From assembly GCA_964016885.1 (NCBI GenBank), contig OZ024743.1, forward strand, positions 87,854,001-87,918,000: a DNA stretch of 64,000 nt, in the 5' to 3' direction. The DNA comes from Eledone cirrhosa. Lineage: Eukaryota. The notes beneath the pieces are model-generated. The model ran no database searches and was not told where the DNA came from. It saw nothing but the letters and a program-made list of their open reading frames with translations. This document shows, piece by piece, positions 28,889 to 43,886 of the stretch. A program made the position numbers and the translations under genes. How positions within the stretch are numbered: the stretch's first letter is position 1; every line of letters begins with the position of its first letter.

Positions 28889-31831
28889 GTTTCTACTTTA
28901 GGCACAAGGCCAGAAATTTGAAGGGGGAAGGGAAAGTCGATTAAATCAACCCTAGTGCATTACTGGTACTTTATTTTATCGACCCCGTAAGGATGAAAAG
29001 CAAAGCTAATATATATATATATAAGGATAATGGAAAATTTCCTAAGAACCCCTTCTGCGGGAAGAACATATAGCTAAGTGTAGACCACCATGCATGAAGT
29101 TTTATAGCAAACAACACTGATGTCGCCATCATGGCTACAAAGATACCAACCCCCACCCAACCCCACCTTACATATCTTCATTTAATTTTCACTTGATTGA
29201 AATTTTTGAAGTCCTCTCCCCACTAAAAATAATTTTAATTAACACTAATGGCTTTTTTCTCATAAGATTTACAATTTTCATTAATTAAAAACTATTTTCT
29301 AATGACCACCTCAACAATGCTATCTACGCTTTATATATATGTATGTGGGGGGGTTATGTATATAAGTATGTATGTGTATTTGTATGCAAATAGCAACACA
29401 GGGGGAGTGGTACAGTACACTGAAAATTTGACCAACGGAACAGCCTGTTTGTGAAATTAACGTGCAAGTGGCTGAGCATTCTATAGACTCGTGTACGCTT
29501 AACATAGTCCTCGGGAAGATTCAGCGTGACTCAGTGTATGACAAATGTGGCCCGTCGTCGAATATGCTCGTTTCCAGGGTTTGATGTGTGGAGTGGAGAT
29601 GCGAAAATTTCAGAACACTCTGAGGGGGCACTCTTTCATGAGGAAACCCTATTTTCTAAATAGTGTGCAGACAGTAAATTGGTAGAGGATCGGACGCCAC
29701 GCTTTGCAGCATAGAGTTACAGCCCTTTATGGTCTGAGTTCAAATCCTGCCGCGGTTAACTTTGCCTTTCATCCTTACGGGGTCGATAAAATAAAGTACC
29801 AGTAATACACTGAGTAATTGCTGGCCTTGTGCCAAAAGTAGAAACAATTATTTAAAATAGTGGGGGAGGGGGGAAGTGGCATTCAGTGCTCCCCCTACCC
29901 CTTGTCGACATACCTGTCTTCGAAAAACTGAATGAATTGGAGCAATGTAAAATAAAATGTCTTAATCAAGGACACAACGCGCCGCCAAGAATCGAACAAA
30001 CGACTTTAGCATCATGATCTGAACACCCTAACCACTAAGCCACTCGTTTTTTATATAGGGAAAAGGGTAGGAAGCATCATGTTAGATCTACCACACTACA
30101 GCCTCTGTCATTAGTATCAACGCACACATGCATTTTATAAGACAACGATAGATGTTACTACATCCTTTCATATTAGAAATAGGGATCGATCCAACAGGCT
30201 TTTATAGCTTCTAACTTCTATTTATTCAATTTCACTCACAAAGCTAGGTTGATCAGAGGTTATGGTAAAATACTCTTTCTTAAGATGCTTCGGTGTGTGA
30301 TCAAACCCAGAATTTCAGGATAGTGGAGCAACCCTTTTAACCATTCGGCCATGATTGCATTCATACACATGATGAACTGCATTAGCCAGTATATGTCGGT
30401 GCTCACAGTTAGTCTGGTTGTGAGTTGTATAGTATATCGAGAGTTATGGATCGTGGATTATATACCTCGTTGTTGTAGGCATTAAATACTGATAGGCATT
30501 GTGATTGATCGATCATGGCTGGCTTAACAACAATAACAACCGTAGCAGCAACATCAGCAACAACAACAACAACAAAACAACTGCAACTACTGCTGTAAAA
30601 ACAAAAACAACTAAAACAACTGCAACAACAACAATAGCTGCAACAATAACAACAACAGCTATAACAATAGCAAGAGCTGCAACAACACCTCTCTGCATCT
30701 CTTGCTGTAAATAAGTCTGTTTAAATCCTATTTAAGTGTTAATGCTTTACATATCGTCTGCTTCGAGAAAGTTGCTAGAAATGGCGGTTTATAATGGCTT
30801 TTTTGTGTTAAGGAGCTGTTCTCCCTACTTAGAGTGACAAGCAGCTACTTCACGAGGGAGAATGGAATAAAATGCATTCTTCTCGATCTTTTTTAATCAA
30901 TTTTCTCTAAAAAGGGCCGTCCCATTCGTCTCTATTTAGGTGGTCCCTTCCTCCACGGCTGACTCTCCAATTCAATCTTATGGCAGGGCAGTGGATGAGA
31001 GAGAGGCAGGGGTAGGGAAAAGGTAGGGATATTTCTCTCACTGAATAAGGCAGGTGTTTTTAATGAGCCTCCTTAACGTAAATAGCGTTTTACTGGTCAT
31101 TCTGAACAATAAACGACAACAATATGCAAACAACAAAGACAACAATATCAATGTAACAACATCAACATCAACCATGTCGATGATAGGGAGGAGGAAGAGG
31201 ATGAAGGAGGGGGAGGGTGAATAAATATGGAGGTGATGTGGGGGTCGTGGAAGATGGTGGTGGTGGTTGTGGAGGAGGAAGAGAAGGGGGAGAGGGATAA
31301 GGGGGGCAACGGGGAGGAGGTGGTATTGAGGAAGATGAGGTGGTGGGGGTCGTGGGAGAGAAGTAGGTGGTGGTTGTGGTGGTTGTAGTTGAGGAGGAGG
31401 AGGAGGAGGAAGGGGAGGAGGAGGAGGAAGAGGAAAAGATGGTGGTGGTTGTGGATGGGGGGGGGGTGATTATGGGGAGGGGATGCATGAGAATGTAGTG
31501 GGGGGTGTTAAAAAGATGGAGGAAGGGGAAAAAATCGAGGAAGCTGAAGGGGAAGACGAGAAGGAAGAGAAAGAGGGGAATATGAGGAGTAGAGGGTATA
31601 GGATGAGGGTGAGGAGGGGGGAATGAGGAGGAAGAGGCAGGGGGAGGGCGAGGACTGGCCACTCTGTTATGATATACAGTCAAGTACAAGGGGCCACTAC
31701 ACACACTTAAGGTGGTGAGCCGAAAATAATTTTTAATCAATAAAAATTATAATTGTAACGAGGAGAAAAAGCCATTAGTGTTAATGGAAATTAGATTTAA
31801 ATGACGCAAGAGGGAGAACTCCTGGAAATTA

Positions 31832-32023
31832 AATGATGTGCCTTAATATACATATATATGTGTGTGTGTGTGTGAGAGAGAGTGTGTGTAATGATGTGCC
31901 TTAATATACATATATATGTGTGTGTGTGTGTGTGTGAAAGAGTGTGTGTAATGATGTGCCTTAATATACATATATATGTGTGTGTGTGTGTGTGTGAAAG
32001 AGTGTGTGTAATGATGTGCCTTA

Positions 32024-32054
<31 letters not shown>

Positions 32055-32323
32055 AGAGAGAGTGTGTGTAATGATGTGCCTTAATATACATATATATGTG
32101 TGTGTGTGTGTGTGTGAAAGAGTGTGTGTAATGATGTGCCTTAATATACATATATATGTGTGTGTGTGTGTGAGAGAGAGTGTGTGTAATGATGTGCCTT
32201 AATATACATATATATGTGTGTGTGTGTGTGAGAGAGAGTGTGTGTAATGATGTGCCTTAATATACATATATATGTGTGTGTGTGTGTGTGTGAGAGTGTG
32301 TGTAATGATGTGCCTTAATATAC

Positions 32324-32364
<41 letters not shown>

Positions 32365-32451
32365 GATGTGCCTTAATATACATATATATATATATGTGTG
32401 TATGTGTGTGCGTGTGAGAGAGAGTGTGTGTAATGATGTGCCTTAATATAC

Positions 32452-32504
<53 letters not shown>

Positions 32505-32677
32505 GATGTGTCTTAATATATATATATGTGTGTGTGTGTGTGTGAGAGAGTGTGTGTAATGATGTGCCTTAATATACATATATATGTGCGTGTGTATGTG
32601 TGAGAGAGTGTGTAATGATGTGCCTTAATATATATATGTGTGTGTGTGTGTGTGTGTAATGATGTGCCTTAATATAC

Positions 32678-32728
<51 letters not shown>

Positions 32729-32804
32729 GATGTGCCTTAATATATATATATGTGTGTGTGTGTGAGAGAGTGTGTGTAATGATGTGCCTTAATATACATA
32801 TATA

Positions 32805-32866
<62 letters not shown>

Positions 32867-32883
32867 GATGTGCCTTAATATAC

Positions 32884-32922
<39 letters not shown>

Positions 32923-32931
32923 GGTGTCTTA

Positions 32932-32964
<33 letters not shown>

Positions 32965-32991
32965 AGAGAGTGTGTGTAATGATGTGCCTTA

Positions 32992-33046
<55 letters not shown>

Positions 33047-33183
33047 TGTGTGTAATGATGTGTCTTAATATATATATGTGTGTGTGTGTGTGTGAGAGAG
33101 AGAGTGTGTGTAATGATGTGCCTTAATATATATATATGTGTGTGTGTGTGTGTGAGAGAGAGTGTGTGTAATGATGTGCCTTA

Positions 33184-33228
<45 letters not shown>

Positions 33229-33311
33229 TGTGTGTAATGATGTGCCTTAATATATATATATGTGTGTGTGTGTGTGAGAGAGAGAGAGAGTGTGTGTAAT
33301 GATGTGCCTTA

Positions 33312-33344
<33 letters not shown>

Positions 33345-33433
33345 AGAGAGAGAGTGTGTGTAATGATGTGCCTTAATATATATATGTGTGTGTGTGTGTG
33401 TGAGAGAGAGAGTGTGTGTAATGATGTGCCTTA

Positions 33434-33476
<43 letters not shown>

Positions 33477-33547
33477 TGTGTGTAATGGTGTGCCTTAATA
33501 TATATATCTGTGTGTGTGTGAGAGAGTGTGTGTAATGATGTGCCTTA

Positions 33548-33580
<33 letters not shown>

Positions 33581-33669
33581 AGAGAGAGAGTGTGTGTAAT
33601 GATGTGCCTTAATATATATATGTGTGTGTGTGTGTGTGAGAGAGAGAGTGTGTGTAATGATGTGCCTTA

Positions 33670-33712
<43 letters not shown>

Positions 33713-33847
33713 TGTGTGTAATGGTGTGCCTTAATATATATATCTGTGTGTGTGTGAGAGAGTGTGTGTAATGATGTGCCTTAATATATATATATATGTG
33801 TGTGCGTGTGTGTGTGTGAGAGAGAGTGTGTGTAATGGTGTGCCTTA

Positions 33848-33906
<59 letters not shown>

Positions 33907-34211
33907 TGTGTGTAATGATGTGCCTTAATATATATATGTGTGTGTGTGTGAGAGAGAGAGAGTGTGTGTAATGATGTGCCTTAATATATATATATGTGTG
34001 TATGTGTGTGTGTTAGAGAGTGTGTGTAATTATGTGCCTTAATATACATATATATGTGCGTGTGTGTGTGTGAGAGAGTGTGTAATGATGTGCCTTAATA
34101 TATATGTGTATGTGTGTGTGTGAGAGAGAGTGTGTGTAATGATGTGCCTTAATATATATATATGTGTGTATGTGTGTGTGTGTGAGAGAGTGTGTGTAAT
34201 GATGTGCCTTA

Positions 34212-34242
<31 letters not shown>

Positions 34243-34250
34243 AGAGAGAG
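31832..34250. repeat. Compound satellite: conserved taatgatgtgccttaatata core plus variable (TA)n(TG)n(AG)n(TG)n, about 40 units
   Basis: Direct reading. Confidence 0.95.
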
Positions 34251-36625
34251 TGTGTGAGTGTATGTATATGTGTGTTCATGCATGTGTGTGTATGCATATG
34301 TGTATGTGTGTGTATGAGAGACTATGTGATTATGTGTGAGAGAGTGTGTGTGTATGAGACAGTATGTGCGCATGTGTGTAGGTGTGTGTGCGCGTGAGAG
34401 AGTGTGTGTGTGTGTGTGTATGTATATATGTGTGTATGATACAGTATGTGCGTATGTGTGTAGGTGTGTGTGTGCGTGAGAGAGAATGTGTGTGCGTGAG
34501 AGAGAATGTGTGTGCGTGTGTGTACCGTGCGATCACGAGGAATTTAATATACAACGGGATTAAAAAAATTACTATACACCAAAGTTTAAACTCTTATATA
34601 CACCTATATGTACAACGACTATATACAACTGTACAATGTATACACACTTATATACAACTATGTACACCTATGTACAATTATATACATATACACACTATAC
34701 ACATATATACAACTATACACATATACATACTTATATACAAATATATACAACTAAGATTATAGAAACCATTGGTAGTATCAGTAGAGAGTCGGACACCATG
34801 CTTTGAAGCATAGAGTTACGTCCCTTTATGATCTGAGTTCAAATCCCTCCGAAGTTAACTTTGCCTTTAATCCTTACGGGGTCGATAAAATAAAGTACCA
34901 GTAATGTACTGAGTAATTGCTGGCCTTGTGCCTAAAATAGAAACAATTATATATATATATGTGTGGTGTGTGTATGTATATGTGTGTGTGTGTACATATA
35001 TACACACACACATACACCTATGTACAATTATATACATATATACACTATACACATATATACAACTATATACATCTGTATACACTTATTCATCTATATACAC
35101 ATATTTACACTTATACACACCTATACATAACTATACATAACTATACACATAGTTATATATACTCATAGATACAGCCACATACACATATATACATATCTAC
35201 GAGAATTGGGCTTGAGGTAGAGAGTTCGTGTGCGTTGTGTTCTTGAGCAAGACACTTTATTTCACGTTGCTCCAGTTCACTCAGCTGTAGCAATGAGTTG
35301 TGACGTCACTGGTGCCAAGCTGTATCGGTCATTGCCTTTCCCTTGGACAACATCGGTGGTGTGGAGAGGGGGAGACTGGTATACATGGGTGACTGCTGGT
35401 CTTCCACAAACAACCTTGCCCGGAGTTGTGCCTCAGAGGGGGAACTTTCTAGTTGCAAAACCATTGTCATTGGTGGCCGATGGGGGGGGGGGCCAGAACT
35501 ATACACGCGTATACATATATATATATATACACCCCTATAACTGTATACATTTATATATATATATACACATATATACAACTATATACACATATATACATTT
35601 ATATGCACATATACACGTATATACACATATAAATACACGTCTATAACTGTATACATCTATATACATATATACACATATATACAACTATATACACATATAT
35701 ACATTTATATACACCTATACACATATATACACTTCTATAACTGTATATATATTTATATACATATATACACATATATACAGCTATATACACATATATACAT
35801 TTATATACACCTATACACTTATATACACATATAAATACATTTCTATAACTGTATACATTTATATATATATATATATATACACATATATACATCTATATAC
35901 ACATATATACATTTATAGACACCTATACATAACTATACACGTATATACACATAAATACAGCTCTATAACTGTATACATCTATATACATATATATGTATAT
36001 ATAGAGATACATATATATACATTTATATGCACCAATACAATATATACACATATAATTACACCTCTATAACTGTATACATATATATAGATATATACACATG
36101 TACATAGTGATACACATATATACACTTATATACATCAATACACATATATACACATATACATACACCTCTATAACTGTACACATATAATCACATATACATA
36201 TATACAGCAATACACAATTATACACCAATGAAGACTTAAGATGTAACTAAGACCGTTGAAATTCCTTATTTTCTCCCCTCATTAATCATAAACCCATGAA
36301 AAATTGTAGGAACGGCTCTTGCTACCCGGACCTACATTCAGAGCCCTCCTTCCCACTTTAGGTAGGACAAGATTGTATACTGAAGTTGAAATTAGATAAA
36401 TTGTTTTATCGCCCCAACCCCACCCTTCCATCCTAGTCCCATTGATTACTGAGGTCAAACAGTGCATGGATGTTTTGGAGGTTGGTGACAAACAGATACT
36501 GTATACCTCTCTCATTGGGCCCTTAAATGAAAGTCTTAAATTAGACGCTCCTTGTTACAAACCACTCCACGTAATTTAAGTACGTGTTTGTCAAACAGAA
36601 TCCACGTCAAAAACTATACATACTC

Positions 36626-36693
<68 letters not shown>

Positions 36694-37865
36694 CGGCGGG
36701 TAGAAATTAGCGAAACGCAACTTCCGTATTGTGCAGACAAGCACTCCCTGGATATGAAGAAGAAGATACCAGAGCTATAAATATAAGTTAAAATGGTCAT
36801 ACACGCTGAGACGATGGTTAAGAAGCCTTTAACCACCATAGCCAAAAAAGCGAACAAGCTAAACGGGTGAAACAAAATGAGATATGATTGAAATCATCAG
36901 GAATTCCTGATGATTTCTAAAGAATGAAACAGTTCTAGTCCTGTAGAATCTCATCTATATTAAAACTATATATATATATATATAAAAGGATCGATCGACT
37001 TTCGTCAAATCGGACCGAGGAAACAATGTTTTCGTCGGTCTTTCCAGTTGCTAGTACTATCTATCGGTCGCAACTCCAGGTAGAAGGAGCAACGTGAAAT
37101 AAAGTGTCTTGCTCAAGGACATAACGCATCGCCCGGTCCAGGAATCGAACTCACAATCTCAAGAGTGTGAGTTCGACTCTCTAACCACTCAGCCACACGC
37201 CTTCACTATATATATATATATATATACATGCATATATATATACATATATACACATATATATATACATATATATGTATATATATAGAGAGAGAGAGAGGGG
37301 GAGTGGTAGAGAGAGAGAGAAAGGCGAGAGGGAGATAGGTGCCTGATTATATATATATTTGGGGCCTAAATCCGACCCTCAACCACTCCAAGATTTCTGT
37401 TTAGTCCAGTGACGTAATCTCTACCCCTTTCACGCGTTTCTCAGGTTTCAGAAAGACATGTTTCTACAAACCGGATGTCTATTCAATATTCATTGGATGT
37501 AGACTATAGAAAGCTTTTGCTTACACCCTTTCCTTTACTTTCTAGAAATTATTTGGTCTTAGTTAAAGGTTTAAGGTAATGGTCAGGGGTTCGCAAAGAG
37601 ATCGAACCGGAACTAAATTTTGGATACGTTTTAGCACATGGTGGATTGGCCGAATCGGTAGAATGCCGGACAGTATGCTTCACGACATAGAGTTACGGCC
37701 CTTCACGTTCTGATTTCAAATCCCACCAAGGTTAATTTTGCTTTTCATCTTTACGAGGTCTATAAAATAAAGTACCAATAATGCACTTCAAATTGCTGGC
37801 CTTGTGCCTAAATTAAAAACATTATAATCTCTATTATGCAGTTTGACAAAATACACATACACACA

Positions 37866-37938
<73 letters not shown>

Positions 37939-38066
37939 TTAAGGTAAATATTGATGCAAATTCAATTCAAGCACTCAACGTACTTTTTCTACATAGGAGT
38001 GACGGAGTATGTATAGAATAAGAAAAAGCGAAGTAGTTTCAGATGTTAAAGTCCTTTAATGATAAT

Positions 38067-38142
38067 GCTGTGATACATATTTCAATGACGACAGTGGCCA
38101 CACGGTTCGGTGCGCCCCGGTGCCGTGACATCATCAGACAGC
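38067..38142 (-). ncRNA. Type I hammerhead with an enlarged GC-rich stem II, in an element at about 37937-38380
   Basis: gctgt-CTGATGA-tgtcacggcac...ctgtcgtcatt-GAAAt-atgt-aT-C-acagc. Confidence 0.75.
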
Positions 38143-38384
38143 TTGTTACAAAATAAAGTTATGTTTCCGAGGCAATCCAAATTGAATCGACATGGGAACG
38201 GACAAAGCGTGTGCTCTTAAGTTCTTCGCCCGTTCCCGTGTGAGTCCCAATTCACCCCCACCGGTCTGCGCAGGCGCAGGTCCGAAGGACGTTGACCATC
38301 AACTACCGCAGAGTTCTACGAAACTCGCCTAGGCAGGTCCCCCTTCACCCAAACCATGACCCCATCCAACCTGTAATATGACAC

Positions 38385-38790
38385 GGTTTGACAAAACTCC
38401 ACAAGTCAGCAACAGCAATGCTCAGACACTGTATAACTGAATGCAAAACGGTTTCGTTGTTCTGTATGCATCACGGACAGGCTCTGCTCACAACATTTCT
38501 CTTCATGTAGAGTTTATACCAATTGGCAATATTCAACCAGTAGCACTACCGGGTCAGAGGTTTCTGGAATTTGATCATAGTCCTCCGGTCGAAGTCCCCC
38601 ATAACAGACTGTTCTATTGATCTTTGTCAATACCTACAGTCTACTCGAGAAGGTTGTCGATCTTGCCCACAACTAATCCTTTATATGATGTAAGAGTTGA
38701 GATTTCCTCGGCTCATCTTCCGGGTGTTAGGCGCTCAATCTCGGTTTTCGCTTGAGTCAGGACGGCAACCCCGTCAAAGAGACGCACTGG
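38385..38790 (-). mobile_element. Degenerate Tx1-like LINE ORF2 C-terminal fragment
   Basis: VSLTGLPS*LKRKPR and KLYMKRNVVSRACP*CIQNNETVLHSVIQCL..DLWSFV match the C-terminus of the LINE at 46006-46500. Confidence 0.7.
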
Positions 38791-39089
38791 GAGAAATACT
38801 AATGATAATCACTCCCCAACCGCCACCAAAGCAACCTTACCTGGTTTTAGGTCCTGAAGCTACTATTTCTAGCCGTGTACATTCTTCACCTACAGGTAGG
38901 GTAGTTAGTAGCACCAAAAGTAACTCCACACATACAAAAAGAGAAACATCCCTACAAACTTCATATCACGTTTCCGGCACCCTCTTTCTTTTCCCCAGCT
39001 CCCTTCTCCGAAAATTCTCATCATCACCCCCACCCCACTCTCACACACGCATATCTCCACCACCAACACTAGCAATAGTGGGTTCAGCT

Positions 39090-39260
39090 ACCTGGCGGGA
39101 AAACAAGTTTTGTCTATATTATAGGATTATAATTTCCGCCTGATCCCACTTCCGGTAGAATCAACTAGGGAGTCCTGTCTTTCTCCCTGCTGCACCACAT
39201 TTCCGGTTTATCAGATAGAAATGAAATAATGGCAGACGCCTAGAGCTTTGGCAGGTAAAT
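39090..39260. promoter_or_regulatory. Candidate bidirectional promoter / first exon
   Basis: E2F-like GGCGGGAAAA 39094, ETS-like CACTTCCGG 39147 and CATTTCCGG 39198, YY1-like AATGGC 39228; donors cag|gtaaat (+, 39255) and cag|gtaagg (-, 38840). Confidence 0.4.
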
Positions 39261-39420
39261 ACAATCTGTTGAAGTGTAAATTGCTATAAATATGGTGATA
39301 TTTGGTATCTTAGTGAAGGTACGTAGCTTATATTTAGGGTGTTCGGCTCTCGATTGTAAGGTCATTAGTTCGATTCGCAGTGATGGGTTGTTTCCTTCAA
39401 CTAGATATTTTATTCCACGT

Positions 39421-39744
39421 GTTCTCAGGTCTTGAATAATCGCACCCCCTGCACTTATTAAATTTGCTAATCTATCTCTGGAAAAATTTTATTGTAAGTG
39501 ATTCGTATCGATACAGCAGCTGGAGAATCTAATAATAATTCTATTTTACATTTAAAAAAAACAATTATATATTACAAAAAAAGAACATTACAAGAAATCC
39601 CATATTTACGACCGTACACAATGCAATTATCGATTTATTCCACCCGCACCCATCCCGCGCTTATAAGAATTTAAGCAAATGCCCATCCCACCCCACCCCC
39701 ACTCCCTTATTCCAACTCCCCCTAGTATTTGGGACCCGAGAGTA
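39421..39744. mobile_element. MITE with ctc(a/g)ggtc..aata / tatttgggacc(c/t)gagagta termini (second copy 58881-59272)
   Basis: Two copies with matching termini and internal blocks; this copy splits a SINE. Confidence 0.6.
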
Positions 39745-40141
39745 TCTCCAGTTCATTCTAGTGGAAAAAATTAGTTGTGTTTGTTATTCAAAGAGCCAGC
39801 TTTGTTACACCCTGTGTCACGCTGAATCTCCCTGAGAACTACGTTAAGGTTACACGTACCTATAAGATGCTTGGCCATTTGCACGTTAATTTCCCGAGCA
39901 GACTATTGATCAAACAACTGGAACACTGGTTGCTTGAAGCGGTGAACGGTGAAATAAAGTCTTTTGATCAGTGACACAAGGTACCGCCGGAAATGAAACC
40001 GACAACTTTACGATCGTCAGCATAACACCCTACCAGTAAGACACCCGCCTTCATTGTTCTCTTCCTTTACAGAATACAGTATAGACATTATAAGGAGACA
40101 ACCAGAAATAGAGAGGAGACTGTCAGACATAGAGACAGGGA

Positions 40142-40188
<47 letters not shown>

Positions 40189-41365
40189 AGAGAGAGAGGG
40201 AGAGAGAGAGATAGATAGATAGAGTGAGAGAGAGAGAGAGAGAGAGGGAGACAGACAGGGGTAAAGAGAGTGAGAGAGGTAGAGAGAGACAGCTTGACAT
40301 AAAGAGAGAGAGGGAGACAGACAACAGATGAGAGAGGGAGACAGACAGGGGTAGAGAGAGTGAGAGAGGGAGACAGACAGGGGTAGAGAGAGTGAGAGAG
40401 GTAGAAAGAGACAGCTTGACATAAAGAGAGAGAGACATATGTAGAGTGAGAGAGAGAGACAGGTGTAGAGTGAGAGATGAGTGAAATGGAGCAACGTGAA
40501 ATAAAATGACAACCCGCTGCTAGGAATAGAACTGACGACCTTACGATTGCAAGCCGAGTACCCTAACCACTAAACCTCGCACAATCACTGTCCTTATTTA
40601 CAAAACACAATGATGGCTGCCCCCTCGTCATCGAGTATGGCCATTGCACGTTATACCATTATTAATAATTATTAATTAATTCTATCGTGCAATGCCTGTG
40701 CGTGAAGATATTTTTCAAGTGAGGAAAGACTGTGCACTGAGCCAATCCCACTCTCTGAGCAACAGTAGCTATAACCCGCAAAGAAGAAAAGATCAACATC
40801 ATTGGTAACTATTGAGCTGCAGTTTCCCGAGTTGCCTTCTCCTAGAATAATGCCCTGACAAAGGCTAGGGGTCCTTCACTCCCAGTGGTTTAACCGCGCG
40901 ATCGGGTGTCCAGTCCGACTTTTTCTATGTCCCCGCGCATATACATACACATGCACCCATATATATACACATATACATACATATGTACATGTGCATATAC
41001 ATATTTACACACTTTGGATGACCGTTGACACTCGTGAGTTCTTCCGCCCTTTGTCAGGTTTTTTTGTCCTGCAGGGGTCCAAAATCATCCTCTCACCAAG
41101 TAAACTTGATGGGGTTGCCGGTTTAGTCGCCGATGATCCGACCATGCGACAGGTTGTACTGGGTTACATGTTACAAGTAGCACTCAAGAGTGACCCGACA
41201 TAGACAAAACACAATCCATACATTATAAGGACATGTGTAATATGACTGAAGGGTAGACGGTTCGTTACGCTTCATTGGTCTGCTGTTGTGTCACCTAGAT
41301 TTCAGTGAACCAATGCACTTAACTAGAAATAACTACCTTTACACACAAACCTATATATAACTCCA

Positions 41366-41410
<45 letters not shown>

Positions 41411-41466
41411 CCTCTTTCATTTTATCATTCTGAACCTCTCTCTCCCTCTCTTTCTCTCTCGTCCTC

Positions 41467-41509
<43 letters not shown>

Positions 41510-41917
41510 TATTCTCACCCATTCTCTCTCTCACTCGCTTTCTCAGTTTGTTCTCCCCTCCACACACTCTCGCTCTCTCAATTTCCCTATGCATTTGTCT
41601 CTCACTATACCTCACCCCCTTCTCTCTCAGTATATAGATAATTGTTTCTACATTTGGCACAAGGCCAGCAATTATCCAGTACATTACTGGTACTTTATTT
41701 TATCGACCCCGTAAGGATGAAAGGCAAAGTTAACCTCGGCGGGATTTGAACTCAGACCATAAAGGGACGTAACTATGCTAGAAAGCATGGCGTCCAACCC
41801 TCTACCGATACTGCCAATTCACCGCCCTTAGTATATAGATAATGTATACAGTATATAGATAATGCCCTGAGATTAAAGTTGGGTTGACGGAAAATGTATG
41901 GAACCCTGTTGCATATG

Positions 41918-42845
<928 letters not shown>

Positions 42846-42847
42846 TG

Positions 42848-42898
<51 letters not shown>

Positions 42899-42902
<4 letters not shown>

Positions 42903-43102
42903 GTGGTTACACAACAGTTCACCATACCGAGAACAATTGTTTCACCTTAGCGGATCCTCAGCACGAGCACGAGCTGAGGATCCGCTAAGGTGAAACAATT
43001 GTTCTCGGTATGGTGAACTGTTGTGTTACTACTTCTACCTAACTCGTCCCATGGACTGAGTGCTCTACCACTACGGATATTACTTTCCAGTGTTCTACCT
43101 CT
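42899..43102 (+). mobile_element. Family C fold-back element with an intact hammerhead at 42970-43007 and an inverted copy at 42928-42963
   Basis: cgag-CTGAGGA-tccgctaaggt-GAAAc-aatt-gT-T-ctcg; (TA)n on both sides. Confidence 0.85.
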
Positions 43103-43886
43103 ATATATATATATATACATAGTTGTCAAAACGGCCGGAGATCAGCCGTCGGGGTCTTGACTCTTTTCCTATATATATATATATACCATTTAATTGTGGG
43201 GTTTGCCAGTGAGTCATTCCGGTTAGTAAATCATGATGTAATAAAATGAAAAGCACTCTACGTTATGCAACTCATTCATCGTAGATGTTGAATCCCGTAG
43301 CTGTCTGTGTGTGCGTGTGTGTGAGAGAGAGTGTGTGCGTGTGTGTGAGTGTCTGTGCGTGCGTGTGGGGGGGGGGGGGGGCTCAGCAACCCACACCATC
43401 GCTACCTCAATGATATATACAAAAACAATGCGAGAGAATACTCTGTGGAGTTGCAGCACTCCATGATCCCAGTGGAGAGAATAAAGAAAGCGTTACCTCG
43501 GATAATAGCGAGGGAAACGCGTTAGAAAAACCATTCCAGCTTGCTGGAGCTCACTCCTGGGAGTGGCCAACTCCGCCCCGATACCAGTGAGTGGGGAGGT
43601 GGTACGGGAGACTCAGAACGTCAGAAACCTTTACCACTGTAGTTTCAACGACAAAACCTATCGGAAGGCGGCTGGTACTTCAATGGCTTGCGATTTCGGG
43701 TTGCCGTTGGGAAATGTCTCTCTACGTGTGGCGGATATGGAATTGAACTATCAATTCTGCTGATATCAATTGGCAATTTGGGGGGAAATCGATTCCTTGA
43801 GATGTAGGATGTGTTGACGAGATAGATGGCGAAACACTATCGGTTGAGAAAAATATCTCGGTTCACACACACTTAACTGCACCAGC

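Noticed and set aside
31832-34250. CRISPR-like constant repeat with variable spacers
   Set aside because: Spacers are microsatellite length variants, the context is eukaryotic and there are no cas genes
40610-40660. Possible HDV-like ribozyme at the 5' end of the RTE-like repeat
   Set aside because: Only a simple hairpin is visible; the nested double pseudoknot could not be built
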